A stretch of 63,855 nucleotides of DNA, counting the filler, from Octopus bimaculoides (Eukaryota), in the NCBI RefSeq assembly GCF_001194135.2. It is 9 parts of 8 records of this genome, joined end to end, with 100 filler letters (N's around TTAATTAATTAA, not from the genome) between each part and the next. Parts side by side here need not be neighbours in the genome. Positions count along the whole stretch, not along the records: positions 1 to 4,653 come from NC_068985.1; positions 4,754 to 13,713 come from NC_068990.1; 7 more parts are not named here. One strand, given 5' to 3'. Numbering within the stretch: position 1 is the first letter of the stretch; every line of letters starts with the position of its first letter. This document shows positions 1-12,959 of the stretch, piece after piece. The notes below the pieces were generated by a model. It had not been told where the DNA came from. It did not search any database and saw only the letters and a program-made list of their open reading frames with translations. Position numbers and translations under genes: made by a program.

Positions 1-33
<33 letters not shown>

Positions 34-59
34 TGCACCCTAACTGGGCAAATAAAATA

Positions 60-1660
60 TCAAGTAGAATCTTAGCAGATAACATTTCAGCAAGTCCCAC
101 GACTTACCAAGCTCTAAAATAGCAAGTACAAACTAAGCAAGTTACCAATTTCGGCGGTGCCCAGCTCAACAAGTCCCCTCAATATAGCAAATGCCTCAAA
201 TCACCAAGCACCATTTCAGCAAGATGTGTTTAAACACAGCACACAACGACAAAAATATTACTATATACTTTAATAATTTTTTGTTCAGCTCTCAGACATT
301 CATGATGACGTTGTAAGCAATACCGCGATAGAAGTCTTTTGTCATCACTGCACCGTTAGGTGTGGTGTTCAATAAGACTTGAAATACTTGAGTTGATATC
401 TCTTTGCTTTTTTCTTGGACCCGGAGCATTTTCGCTTATAAGAATATGTAGCAAAGCTGCATGTTGCAGGGCTCCTTCTTCCTTAATACCATTAATGAAC
501 CTCCAAGTGGTAGGTTGAGAACAATCAGATTATGTTCGCGTTCACCTGTGCCATCCTTCTAGTTGATTTATTTTTCTCGGGATTCCTTTTAGAGGTCGTT
601 CTCTGCCTTTCCATAAATTAGGGGTAAAAAGTGGGCTTGATGCCGCATTGATCTTCCGATATAAGTGTCTTCAAAGTATGAAACTAAGGGCTGTAAATCC
701 TTAGTGGCAATATTTGCTTAAGATATATCTTCATCTATGTTTTCATACACATTTACAACAACCGCTGCCGGTAGAAGCGCCAAAGCGCACAAACTATTGT
801 GCCTCACCTGCTCATTTTCGATGTAAGCGTTTCGTAGTCCACGTGCCTGGATTTTCCACCATATAGCTTGCAAAAAGTGGGGAAAAAAAAAGCAAATTTG
901 TAATTGACAGTTGGAGAAGACCTGCCTGAGAGCCTTCTGTGCTGATATTTCAAAGTCTGTCCTCATATTGAAGTGAATATTTAGGAAACTGACACAGTAT
1001 AACGTCTCACAAACGGCCATAAATAGCTTGAGCTTATGACGGAAGAACAGCATAAATAAAAGCGAACTCTAAGGCGAGATTTATGAAGTGCACCGTATAT
1101 ATCTGCTAAAATTGCCTTGGCGCTTATGTGAATGTACCGTCGCACATAATGGTTGTGGCTTGTCCTAACTGTCTAAGCATGCTGTCTGTGGCAAAAATAA
1201 AGATTCGATCGGACATCATCAAGAATCGAACCTCATCAGCTCCGTGAGTTGCAGTTTGGTACTGTGCATGGATCAGCACGTCGGCGACCGTTGCTGGTTC
1301 TGGTGGAAGCCCTCCTTCAACTTTCCTTGAATTTCCTCTGAATTCCGCATGTCAATGCCTTTCGTTTCGGAACTCTAACCAATTCTTCTTTTGTCATGCC
1401 TAGTAGTGTATCACTTATTATTCGGTGAAGAGATACCTGCGAGGTAACGGCTCCGGATGCAATATTGTCTAAGACTTTCTCAAAGGCTATTATAGTTGAT
1501 ATTTCAAAAGTTAAGAGGTCAATTTCTGCTGATCAATACTTTCATTTTTGTGCGGGTCTTGGTGTGATGAGCACTTGCCGAAATTAGGAACTTGCTTATT
1601 TCGCACTTGTTTTGTTAGTACTTGCTAAGTTGTAGCACTTGCTGTGTTGTTGTGCTCCCA
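60..1660 (-). mobile_element. Degenerate Mutator-like (MULE) DNA transposon with imperfect terminal inverted repeats
   Basis: Inverted repeat TAAGCAAGTTACCAATTTCGGC (134-155) vs GCCGAAATTAGGAACTTGCTTA (1577-1598). Both ends carry several short (C)AGCAAGT motifs and enclose a MULE transposase remnant. Outer boundaries are approximate. Confidence 0.75.
300..1480 (-). pseudogene. MULE DDE transposase remnant with stops and frameshifts
   Basis: Minus-strand translation shows IFATDSMLRQLGQATTIMCDGTF (DGTF motif), DFEISAQKALRQVFSNCQLQICFF..HFLQAIWWKIQARGL, ALALLP, YFEDTYIG, EGWH and PTTWRFINGIK, which is the usual MULE motif order. Confidence 0.85.
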
Positions 1661-1696
1661 TATCTAGCTACATACATACGTACATAGATACACACA

Positions 1697-1740
<44 letters not shown>

Positions 1741-2527
1741 NNNNNNNNNNNNNNNNNNNNNNNNNNNNNNNNNNNNNNNNNNNNNNNNNNNNNNNNNNNN
1801 NNNNNNNNNNNNNNNNNNNNNNNNNNNNNNNNNNNNNNNNNNNNNNNNNNNNNNNNNNNNNNNNNNNNNNNNNNNNNNNNNNNNNNNNNNNNNNNNNNNN
1901 NNNNNNNNNNNNNNNNNNNNNNNNNNNNNNNNNNNNNNNNNNNNNNNNNNNNNNNNNNNNNNNNNNNNNNNNNNNNNNNNNNNNNNNNNNNNNNNNNNNN
2001 NNNNNNNNNNNNNNNNNNNNNNNNNNNNNNNNNNNNNNNNNNNNNNNNNNNNNNNNNNNNNNNNNNNNNNNNNNNNNNNNNNNNNNNNNNNNNNNNNNNN
2101 NNNNNNNNNNNNNNNNNNNNNNNNNNNNNNNNNNNNNNNNNNNNNNNNNNNNNNNNNNNNNNNNNNNNNNNNNNNNNNNNNNNNNNNNNNNNNNNNNNNN
2201 NNNNNNNNNNNNNNNNNNNNNNNNNNNNNNNNNNNNNNNNNNNNNNNNNNNNNNNNNNNNNNNNNNNNNNNNNNNNNNNNNNNNNNNNNNNNNNNNNNNN
2301 NNNNNNNNNNNNNNNNNNNNNNNNNNNNNNNNNNNNNNNNNNNNNNNNNNNNNNNNNNNATATATACATATGTATATATACACACATATGTATATATACA
2401 CACATATGTATATATGTATATATATGTAGATACATACATACATACATACATACATACATACACACATACATACATACATATGTACATACATATATACGCA
2501 TAGGAAAGATGTAGAGAAATGGCTTAC

Positions 2528-2558
2528 CTGATAATTTTCCACTTCAGTAACTAGATGT
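2528..2558 (-). CDS. Candidate 31-nt micro-exon (R)HLVTEVENYQ of an unknown gene
   Basis: Acceptor GATTTATAG| and donor CAG|GTAAGC bracket an open frame (phase 2 to phase 0). No homology recognised. Confidence 0.25.
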
Positions 2559-3021
2559 CTATAAATCATAAGGTATTTAAGCATCTAATTATTAACGTGG
2601 TAAAATTATCAGAAAAGCCATTCGTATTTTTTCATATGTGTGTGCGCGCGTGTGTGTGTGTGTGTGTATGTGTGTGTGTGTGTGTATGTGTGTGTGTGCG
2701 TGTGTGTATGTTTGCGTGTATGTATATGTGGGTATGTAAGTGTATGTGTAATTGTGTTTTTAATGTTTTTATAAAACTAAAAGGATTTTGTCTATTTATT
2801 TATTTATTTATTCATTTATTTTTTTATTTATTTCTACTGTCCACCAGCATCGGTGGTTAAATTGTCTAGGAACACTAAATGCTTACATTTCCACAATTCT
2901 CAACCTATTTTTTTACCAAACTTTATACACACATTATTTATTTCCCAAGGATGATCATGCACTAAACATTTTGCCCAGAGCTCCCGCGTAAATGGACATA
3001 AATGGACATGATTCTTTTGTA

Positions 3022-3068
3022 AGGCGGTGCTCCAGCATGGCCGCAGTCAAATAACTTAAACATATAAA
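3022..3068 (+). mobile_element. 3' tail fragment of SINE family A (CORE-type tRNA SINE)
   Basis: AAGGCGGTGCTCCAGCATGGCCGCAGTCAAAT, as in the fuller copies at 32000-32435 and 41815-42205. Confidence 0.75.
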
Positions 3069-3430
3069 TGAATAAAAGAATGTATAAACATGTGTATATA
3101 TTTACTCATGTCTGTCTGCGTGTATGTATATATATATATATATATATATATNNNNNNNNNNNNNNNNNNNNNNNNNNNNNNNNNNNNNNNNNNNNNNNNN
3201 NNNNNNNNNNNNNNNNNNNNNNNNNNNNNNNNNNNNNNNNNNNNNNNNNNNNNNNNNNNNNNNNNNNNNNNNNNNNNNNNNNNNNNNNNNNNNNNNNNNN
3301 NNNNNNNNNNNNNNNNNNNNNNNNNNNNNNNNNNNNNNNNNNNNNNNNNNNNNNNNNNNNNNNNNNNNNNNNNNNNNNNNNNNNNNNNNNNNNNNNNNNN
3401 NNNNNNNNNNNNNNNNNNNNNNNNNNNNNN

Positions 3431-3640
3431 TCACTCTTACTTCCTGTTTCTGTTGTGCCTGTATTTCAAAGGGTCAGCCTTGTCACACTGTGTCACGCTG
3501 AATATCCCCGAGAACTACGTTAAGGGTACACGTGTCTGTGGAATGCTCAGCCGCTTGCACGTTAATTTCACGAGCAGGCTGTTCTGTTGATCGGATCAAC
3601 TGGAACCCTCGTCGTCGTAAGCGACGGAGTGCCAACAACA
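3431..3640 (+). mobile_element. 3' part of SINE family C (octopus OR1-like)
   Basis: Nearly identical to 20555-20860 and to the reverse complement of 40281-40660 (CTTGTCACACTGTGTCACGCTGAATATCCCCGAGAACTAC...GACGGAGTGCCAAC). The family name is from recall. Confidence 0.8.
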
Positions 3641-4653
3641 ACAACATATATGTATGTATATATGTATGTATGTATGCATGTATATATCTATTTATCTTTT
3701 TTTAATCTTTTTTATAAAAGTGAAAGGATTTTGTCGCTTTATTTATTTCGACTGTCCGCCCGCCACAGTGGTTAAATTGACTAGGAACACTGTATGCGAT
3801 GAATATCTAATACTAAACAATCTTGATCTCCATATTTAAACTGCATAAAACTTTGGCAAGCTTACCTTCACCTATTCTGAGTTACTTGAAAGGTGATGTT
3901 TCTTTCCTTCCCTTCTATTTGTCGATACCTTTGTTTACCTACCAATGCGTTGTTTCACTTTAAGGCTGCTTATTTACCCTTCCATTATGATATTTCGACT
4001 GTTGTCCATTGTATCAAATACGTTTTAGTATTATCGTATTAGCCTTTTTCAACAATCGTATATGACTCGTCCCAAAGAATCAACCTTTAAATAAGAGTTT
4101 TGCTTCCACCAACGAAAGCTGTACGTATCTTTCAGAAAGCTGCATACCAATTTAACTTCATGCAGCATTCGCTGTTAATTTATAGGCAGGCTCTGTGGGA
4201 AGACAGAATAAAAGGGCTTTTGTTAGCTTATCTCTCCGAAAAAATAGCTTCCTTTACTGTTGAAAAAAATAAACAATTAGAGGGGAAGTTTCAACGTCTT
4301 CCTTCAATTTCATTACACCATTTATGTGGCTGTTTCTGACAAGAAATTTCGCTTTCATGTAAAACAATTATATTTTGTAGTCATTATCCGTAATCTAATA
4401 CCAAAGCACTTCACTACCTCTATTTTCATGGCTTGCAAATTTATATGTTCTATGATCATTAAAATGCAACGACCCCCACAATAACTAGCCTTCAGTTTCA
4501 TTTTCCTGGGTTAATCGGGAACATAGATTGCCGTACTCTTTATAAATCTTCTCGGTAGTTCAATTATTTGGTGCAAAAATACCATTAAAGCAACTTAAAC
4601 CGTCCAAAGGACGGGTGTGTTTGCTAGTTTAATATATTGAATAATATATATAT

Positions 4654-4753
4654 NNNNNNNNNNNNNNNNNNNNNNNNNNNNNNNNNNNNNNNNNNNNTTA
4701 ATTAATTAANNNNNNNNNNNNNNNNNNNNNNNNNNNNNNNNNNNNNNNNNNNN
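4654..4753. other. Assembly placeholder 44N-TTAATTAATTAA-44N (12-mer also at 13758, 23001, 32790, 39926, 45155, 54510, 59251)
   Basis: Identical 12-mer with stops in all six frames, centred in 100-bp N blocks eight times. Confidence 0.95.
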
Positions 4754-4784
<31 letters not shown>

Positions 4785-4785
<1 letters not shown>

Positions 4786-5126
4786 TGGAGGCAAGGTGGC
4801 TGACTTCCTTTCATTTATTGGGCTTCATGGAGGCAATGACCGAGACCTTTGGCATTACATCATGTTTGAGAAGAAGACCCATCAAGCTGAGCAAAATTAC
4901 AGGCATGGCAGATACTGGTGTCACGCAAGTGACACCCATGCTGGTGGCACGTAAAAGCACCCATTACACTCTCAGAGTGGTTGGCATGTTAGGAAGGGCA
5001 TCCAACCATAGAAAACCCTGCCAAATCAGAACTGGAGTCTGGTGCAGCCTTCCAGCTGGCCAGCCCCACTCAAACCGTCCAACCCATGCCAGCATGGACT
5101 ACGGACGTTAAATGATGATAATGATG

Positions 5127-5128
<2 letters not shown>
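4785..5128 (+). mobile_element. Retroposon family E (RTE-like tail, AGGAAGGGCATCC module, (GAT)n end)
   Basis: Shares GTAAAAGCACCCA..ACACTCTC.GAGTGGTTGGC..TAGGAAGGGCATCC...CCAACCCATGCCAGCATGG...GACGTTAAATGATGAT with the 7087, 12960, 50815 and 52262 copies. Confidence 0.8.
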
Positions 5129-5168
<40 letters not shown>

Positions 5169-5594
5169 TTGTGTATGTTTATAATAGATTAATAAGTCTT
5201 CATTACTTCTTGAATAACACTAAAGCACCCTGAAATTCTAATTGACTTGAGTGCTTCCTGTTTCTTATATTTGGCACCATAAGATGGTAAATCACTCTCC
5301 GTACTCCCCCTCTCCCCCTCTCTCTCCCTCTCTGCTTTTCTCATATAACCGTTCTTTCTCCCTCTTTACTTATACTCTCTCTCCCCTTTCCCTTTGTGTT
5401 TCCCTCATTTCTCTCTTCTCATAGTTTGTCCCTCCCTTTCTTCCCCCTCCCTGCATCCCTCATACCCTGCCTCACTCTCTTTCTGTTGTATTCACTCTTC
5501 CTTCTCCTCTCTGCTCTCATAACCACTTTCTCTCCCTGAAACCTCTCCCTGAAACCTCTCATTCTTTTCTCTTCTCTCGTTCCTTCATTATTTC

Positions 5595-5625
<31 letters not shown>

Positions 5626-6219
5626 CCCTCTCATTTACTTCTCACTCTCTCCTAATTTATCATAAACTTGCTCCCCTCTCTTCTCTATTGACTTCTTTCC
5701 TTTCTTCTCTCTCTGCTTCTTCCTCCTCCCCTTCTGTCTCTACCCACCCATTTCTTCTACACCCTTTCACTCACCCTTTCTCTCCATCTTCCTCCTATTC
5801 ATTCTTGTGTTTTTCTCTTTATTTCTTTTCACTTTGTCTACCTCTCATCTTAACCTCCATTTTCTCCATCTGCTTTCCCTATTTACAGTTTTTCAAACAC
5901 ACGTGTTATGAAGTAATCCATATAAATGAAGTGGTTTTTAGTAGCAGTGTTGACTAAATCCAGCGTAGTTTCAGATTTAGAATTTTTATGAAGCATTCTT
6001 CTTTTTGTAGTTAATCATTTTCTTCCTTTATTTTGAAAAGCGGGGATATTTTTAATTTTCCATTTTCACAAAAGTCTAGATGTTCATGTTATGGGACATT
6101 TCTAAAAGATAAAATTTTTGATTTGCTGTTTATGAACTCTAACCCGGTGCATTTATGTTTATCCTGATTGGCTGATATACTTCTCATGGCACTCTGAACA
6201 TCTACTTTTCCATTGTTGC

Positions 6220-6310
6220 ATGAGTCAGACGAGAGTGTGCCAGGACAGAGTTTTTGGTTGCTAAATGCCCTTCCAGTCACCAACCCTTACATGTTTCTAA
6301 GTAAGGTAAT
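6220..6310 (-). mobile_element. Fragment of repeat family F (AGGAAGGGCA module)
   Basis: Reverse complement resembles 9270-9330. Confidence 0.45.
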
Positions 6311-6510
6311 TAACTCCCCATCTACCAAACGACTTACTGGTCAGACATTTTTAAGTGAAAAACAGGAAACAACCACACCAGACGAATAAGGCTTTTGTTT
6401 ATAAAGACTGCAGAACTACTTGTCAAGATCTGTAAATGACACATTGATTACAAATGAAAGTGAAGCTTTTCTTTGTAACCATGAATGAACACATGTAAGC
6501 AAGGATATAC

Positions 6511-6574
<64 letters not shown>

Positions 6575-6608
6575 ACTCTCACAGACCCATATATGTACAT
6601 ATCCAATG

Positions 6609-6766
6609 AACTTCTTTCAGTTTTTGTCTATCAAATTCACTCACAAGGCTTTGTTTGGCCCAAGGCTATATTACAAGACACTTGTCCAAGATACCATGCA
6701 ACTGGACTGAAGCCAAAAACATATGGTTGGGAAAGTAACATCTTAACACAGCCATGCCTGCACCAG
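6609..6766 (-). mobile_element. SINE family A, head and CORE part
   Basis: Reverse complement of GGCTGTG..AAG..CTT.CCCAACCA..TGG...CTTGG.CAAGTGTCTT...GCCTTGTGAGTG.ATTTG.TAGAC..AAACTGAAAGAAG. Confidence 0.75.
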
Positions 6767-7086
6767 TATATATATATATATATATATATGCACACATATG
6801 TGTGTTTGTTGTAAGACCAAACAATGTCAGTGTTAATCTTTTCCCTGTAAAAACAAATTACATGGTTCTCCACTGCAAAGTTTTGAGAGAAACTTCAATT
6901 TAATGTTCAGCTGTTCTTTCCATAAAACTCAACACAAAAACATGTACATATGAACATTTATGTATACATTTATATATATGTGTGTGTGTATGTGTGTATA
7001 TAGTTGAAAATATGTGGAAGAAAAATGCATTCATTTCACATAGTTTAATATCTTTTTATAAAGAAATTTTCAAAAAATATATACAT

Positions 7087-7433
7087 AGCATGGCCGTTGC
7101 CAGTACCGCCTGACTGGCCTTCGTAGGATTTTCGAGCGAGATCGTTGCCAGTACCCCTGGACTGGCTTGTGTGGGTGGCACATAAAAGACACCATTTCGA
7201 GCGTGGCCGTTGCCAGTATCGCCTGACTGGCCTTCGTGCAGGTGACACGTAAAAGCACCTACTACACTCTCTGAGTGGTTGGCGTTAGGAAGGGCATCCA
7301 GCTGTAGAAACTCTGCCAAATTTAGATTGGAGCCTGGTGTTGCTATCCGGTTTCACCAGTCCTCAGTCAAATCATCCAACCCATGCTAGCATGGAAATTG
7401 GACGTTAAACGATGATGATGATGATGATGATGA

Positions 7434-7437
<4 letters not shown>
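7087..7437 (+). mobile_element. Retroposon family E with internal GCCAGT-Nn-ACTGGC hairpin repeats
   Basis: Three hairpin units, then the AGGAAGGGCATCCAGCTGTAGAAAC module and a (GAT)n tail. Confidence 0.85.
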
Positions 7438-7476
<39 letters not shown>

Positions 7477-8268
7477 TATATTACCATCATCATTATCATT
7501 GTCACATATATATGTATATAAATATATGCATGTGTATGTGTGTGTGTATATATATATATGCATGTATGCATGTATGTATGTATGTATGTATGTATGTTTG
7601 AGTGTATTTATGTATAATAAGGATGCAAGATGCTTCGGCTAAATGGTCAGCATGGTAAAAATTAGAGTCACGAGCTTCAGAATTTAATTCTGGCCGACCT
7701 TCATTAAATGGCAGCTGATGAAGGCCACGGCTGTGTCTTTTCACTAAGCTGGCCAATTTGCTGGAACACGATTCATCTTTGTGATTGATATACATACATG
7801 CATACATACACACACACACATGCTTATATGCACACACACACACATTCACATGTTTTCTCTCTCTCTTTCTCTCTCTCCCTGATTATATGTGTGTGGGAAG
7901 AGAGGGAAAGAGAGGAACAGAAATAGAGAGTTAGTTAAATAGATACGGATGTAAGACAAACAAGTTTTTAGAGAGGGTGGGGGTTATATTCTGAGGTTGC
8001 TGGCAGAGCAGAAACAAGATGCAGAAAGGCTGGGTATAAGGACCGTTTTGTCCTGGAGTTGGAGGGGGCAGATGTTATTTTGTAATAGTTTTAATAGTTG
8101 TAACTCATATTATATATAGTTGTATCTGGGGAGAGTCATTCGCTTTTAGTGCCTTTTTAATTAACACACTCACTGGTTTGATTTCCACTCATTTATTTAT
8201 ATTTTGTTTCTAAAATTTTCATTGCTTCTTGCAACCTTGTGCATGTGTATACACATATGCATGTATTA

Positions 8269-8890
8269 TACAAGGTGCATGAGATATCTGAGGACAAATT
8301 TATGTTTATAAAAAAAAAAACATATATAATAACAGATAATAACTTTATTTATCAAAAAATGCTGTGAGAATAAAAATAAACTTTCATTTCTATAATGTTA
8401 TTCAATAAAGCTACCTTCAGCTTCAACAACTGCTTCCGTATGAGATCTAAATCCTCTCCATGCTCGAATCAAGTGGTCCTGGTTCATTTTGGACATTACT
8501 CTGACTATGGCAGCTTTCATAGAATCTTTCGTGTTATGGACGTGTTCATTTACCTCTCAGTCAACAATATTCCACATGTAATAGTCCACTGGATTGAGAT
8601 CTGGGGAATTAGGAGACCAAATGTTAGGGGTTATGTGATCATGAAAACTTTCAGCCATCCATTCCTGTGTTACCATAGCCATGTGTGATAGTGCAGTCTT
8701 ACCGGAACACATATGGCCTTCCATTGCATACACTGTCTATCCTGGGCTTAACAATTATTTCCAGGACCTCAATGTGGGTGGCAGAGTTACCTCTAAGGCC
8801 TTGTGGAAAGAAATAAAGAGGCATCACATGTCCTTCATTGCTGACAACCCCTAAAACCATGACAATTGCAGGAAATTTTGTATGCATAAC
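8269..8890 (-). pseudogene. Tc1/mariner DD37D (maT-type) transposase fossil, 3' half with right end
   Basis: VMVLGVVSNEGHVMPLYFF...GRPYVF, then (Q)D..H..TQEWMAESFHDHITPNIWSPNSPDLNPVDYYMW. About 37 residues lie between the 2nd and 3rd Asp after correcting one frameshift. The element end reads TACAAGGTGCATGAG at 8269. Confidence 0.85.
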
Positions 8891-9159
8891 ACTTGGAATT
8901 TCAGAAGCAAGAGACCTGTTTGAAGTCCTTTAGGGTGGGAGAAATGAAGACAGAGAAGAGGGGAAGGGGAAGCGTATTGTCTAATATTAATATGAAGGAG
9001 AGAGAGGGAAACCTGTTCCTTCAAATCTTCAAATCACTTTCAGACAGAACTTTATATATATATATATATGTATATATATGTATATGTATACACACACACA
9101 CACACATTACAAATAGAGAGATAGATAGATAGACATGTGTGTATATGTGTGCATGATGG

Positions 9160-9385
9160 CCATACGTTTGTGTCTCCTTGTCTTGACATTATGTAAGAAT
9201 TGTAAATGAGTGCCACTGTCTTTCCTTTCCAGTTTCCCATGAAAACATGTCGAGCCATGGGAAAATATTATCTTAGTTAGAAACCAGGGTAAGTTGGCAA
9301 CAGGAAGGGCATCCAGCTGTAGAAAATCTTCCCCAATTAAATTCTGTTTGACCCATGCAATCATTAAAAAGTGGACAGTGATAAA
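9160..9385 (+). mobile_element. Repeat family F (SINE-like, AGGAAGGGCATCCAGCTGTAGAAA module)
   Basis: Shares the AGGAAGGGCATCCAGCTGTAGAAA module with family E but has different flanks. Confidence 0.65.
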
Positions 9386-9643
9386 TCACCGTTGAAGAGA
9401 TGATGAAGACGATGGTGGTGGTGGTAGTGGTTGTGGTGATGGTGACGATGGTGATGGCAGTGGTGGTGGTGGTGGTGGTGTTTTAGTGGTGGCAATGATC
9501 GTGGTTATGTTGATGGTGGTGGTGGTGGTGGTGATAATGATGATGCTGGTGGTGGTGGTGACAGTAGTGATGACAATAACGATGGGGAGAGTGATGAGGA
9601 TGGTGATGATGGTGGTGTTTATGATGCTGATGCTAATTAAATG

Positions 9644-9695
<52 letters not shown>

Positions 9696-10169
9696 TTATT
9701 GTATTCAGTGCTCATCTATGCCATCGGCTGGCTCTATTCTTCTCCAATTTTTCCTCAGATCCTAGTTTTATTTTATGTGCGTTGCTTCGTTTGTTTTTCG
9801 TTGTTGTTCGTTTTCACCTGGTCTTGTGTCTGCTTCATTCACTGAGTAGAGTTTGCTTCTGCATTGTTATATAATTAATTATATCAATTAATTGATATGA
9901 ATAGCCATTATCAGAAACTCATTAAAGGAACACAACATTTATTTTACGCACAATCATCAATATTATGTTACAAGAATAATGCAAACGTAAAGCCTTTTCA
10001 GTAACAATGAAACTACAATCGTCGAAGTTGGTAAATATGTTTCTTCATAAAGCGATTCTGCAATAAATAAGACAGAGGTGAATTTTCTGATTCTTGCTGC
10101 TATATTGCTATTTTTGGTATATTAGGTATTTTTGGCATCTTAGTATCCAATTTATGTAAACAGACAACA

Positions 10170-10431
<262 letters not shown>

Positions 10432-10745
10432 TAAGTTGTAGCAGCATCCTCATTGTCATCATTTTATATTTGTCTTTTATGCTGGTATAAGTTTGACAAT
10501 GTGTGAGGGCCCAAAAGAACAGAGGTAGGAGGTAGAGAGATTTGAGGGGTATAGGAATGAACACAAGGAATGGCAAGTGAAGGTGGGCTGAAGTCAATGG
10601 TAGATGTGAGACAGTGTGAAGAATGTGAGATGGATGCCAATAGGAAGTGGCTTGGAGAAAGAGAGTGGTGCCAGTCACCACTGAAAGGGTGATCAGGGAA
10701 AAACATGAGTGAGGAGTGACAATGTTAAGGACAAGAGATGATATA

Positions 10746-10910
10746 TATAGTTTACCATTCTTTTATTGATCTACAGTTTACCATTTTACCATTGTACCAC
10801 TGATATAATTTACCATTCTCTCATCAATATATACATCTTACCATTCTACCGTTGCTATAGTTTACTAATCTACCAATGATAGACAGTTCACCATTCTGTC
10901 GCTGCCGTTC
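10746..10910 (+). repeat. Degenerate ~27-bp minisatellite (ATAGTTTACCATTCT core)
   Basis: About six recurrences of TTTACCATT(C/T)T. Confidence 0.6.
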
Positions 10911-10949
10911 TCTACAAGTATTTATTTGTGAGGACCACAGAAGAAATGA

Positions 10950-11950
10950 CGATCAGTATTGAAAGCATGTTCAGCTGTGTTGAAGATGTTTATATTAATG
11001 CTTACAGATTGCACACTTCTGCATTTCAGACAGAACGTTGAAAGCATTGAAAAGATGAGGAAAGGAAACAAGGAATTGTCAATAAATAAAGGGCTGTATG
11101 GAGATAGGTGGAAGGAAAGAAAGACAAAACATAGATGTGCGGATGAATAATAGGTGAAACGAAATATTGATAGAAAATAGTTGCATTCCATTTATATAGA
11201 GACAAGAATAAAATAAATTCAATTAATATGAAAGACAAGTTTTTAAAATATGTTGCTGTTTGTGTGAGTTATCAGGGGGGAAAAAATGGATTGATGATAA
11301 GTGAAAATGGTTGAAGGAAATATGCTAGATACTCGTTAAGAGAAAATAACTTTGTTAATCGGTTGAAGACCATTAAATATCGGTGAAATTAGGAAATTTG
11401 AAATTAAATTTAGCTGTGTTAAAATATTTAGTTACATATGAAAATATTAGAAAAGTGTTGGACCAGAAGCCATGTAATGTGGATAAATAAATAAATAAGC
11501 AATACATGGGCAAACATGTTTAATGGCTCATAAGTATCTGAAGAAAAAGAAATTTTTTAGCATTCATAAACAAATTGAGATGATTATAATTGTGTTTGTG
11601 TGTGTGAGAGTTAAGTATAGTATTTAATAATTGAATAATAAGATAGAATATAAAATTTTATTGCAAAGTGTTAACTGCATCAGAGAGTTTTGTAAGGGGA
11701 AATAATTGACTGAGTTAAAGAGTGACAGGAATTGTCATTGAAGAACTGGTGAAGATGTGGAAAGGAAATTTTGAAATGGTTTAGGATAGGATAGGATAAG
11801 AATGCAGAAAATGGAAAGATTGGTAATAATAGAGAAGAATTAAATAAGTGGCTAAATAAAATATGCAAAGAAATAAGCTCAAATATTATAAAATATACTA
11901 CAATCTGACATCATAAGAATTTATAAACTTTTGAAAGAATATGGAATAAT
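10950..11950 (+). mobile_element. Possible very old CR1/L2-like LINE remnant
   Basis: Purine-rich plus strand. QNVESIEKMRK..ELSINKGLYGDRWKE loosely resembles the post-RT region of CR1. Confidence 0.2.
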
Positions 11951-12084
11951 TCCTCTTTGAAATTGGTTCTTGAAGTGCACATAAAGCTATGAATAATAAG
12001 CATTGAGTAGAAAAGTCCTTTTCGATAGAAAAAGCTGAAGGCTGCCCATGAAACTCAAACATACATCTATAGGCATGCTATTAT

Positions 12085-12305
12085 TTATTCTTTGCTAATC
12101 TAGGCAAAGGCCCAAAATTTTTGGGGTGAGGGTGGGGCCAGTCTATTATATCGACCCCAGTATGCAACTGATACTTAATTTATCAACCCCGAAAGGATGA
12201 AAGGCAAAGTCAACCTTGGCAGAATTTGAACTCAGAACGTGAAGACAGATGAAATACCGCTAAGCATTTCACCCGGCATGTTAACATTTCTGCCAGCTCC
12301 CCCCG
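12085..12305 (-). mobile_element. SINE family B (GCGAGCTGGCAGAA head; GGGGTCGATAAATTAAGTACCAGTT body)
   Basis: Reverse complement matches 29745-29960 and 57708-57895. A partial copy also lies at about 12820-12915. Confidence 0.8.
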
Positions 12306-12791
12306 CCTTCATGTTGTTATTTATTAGCTTTGTGTGTACTTTGAGAACCAATTCCAACGAAGAAATATTCCAGTATAATGTGAAATTAATTGGAATGACT
12401 TGTAGAAACCATGCCAAAGTAGACATCGGGGTATGACACAGTCCTTGGAACTGTCAGATCCTGTCAAGCAACCCAACCTATGCCATTTAGCCTGAATGTT
12501 AAATGATGATAATAATGGGGGGGGGGGATCATACGAGGAAAGTAATTGATTAAAATAAAACATGGAATGGTGATCAGCTACAGGGTTGTATGAAAGAGAA
12601 TGGAATAAAGGACACCGTAATAAACTAGATTGAGTTAAATGAGTTAAATATCTGCATATATTTGAGATGTTAAATATACATGAAAAAGAGAAAAAGAAAT
12701 GTCAATGGATATTCGTGGAAGAATATGTGGAAGGGAATAACTAAAATATCTCCTTTGGAAAACATTTTCATACCACTCTCTTTTCACATTC

Positions 12792-12822
<31 letters not shown>

Positions 12823-12959
12823 CTTTTCTACTGAAGACACAGGACCTGAAATTTTGGGAGAGGGGACTAGTTGATTGCATCGACCCCAGTGTTTCAATGG
12901 TAATTGGTGACGCTCACAACTGTATTGCATGTGTATGTGTATGTGTATATGTGTGGGAG

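Larger units (their letters stand above)
2775..3795 (+). repeat. Two copies of a ~90-bp dispersed repeat (about 2775-2880 and 3716-3795)
   Basis: AAAGGATTTTGTC..TTTATTT..CTGTCC..C..GTGGTTAAATTG.CTAGGAACACT occurs in both places. Confidence 0.6.

Noticed and set aside
4148-4192. Strong minus-strand acceptor (GCTAAC..TTCCCACAG) and donor as a coding exon
   Set aside because: All three frames contain stops. It could only be a terminal or UTR exon, which I cannot support.
4698-4709. TTAATTAATTAA as a biological motif
   Set aside because: Always centred in 44N+44N blocks, so it is an assembly linker.
7087-7260. CRISPR-like appearance of repeated palindromes with spacers
   Set aside because: Eukaryotic retroposon context, spacers recur between copies, irregular period, and no cas genes.
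7710-7740. CTGATGA as a hammerhead
   Set aside because: No GAAA strand follows.
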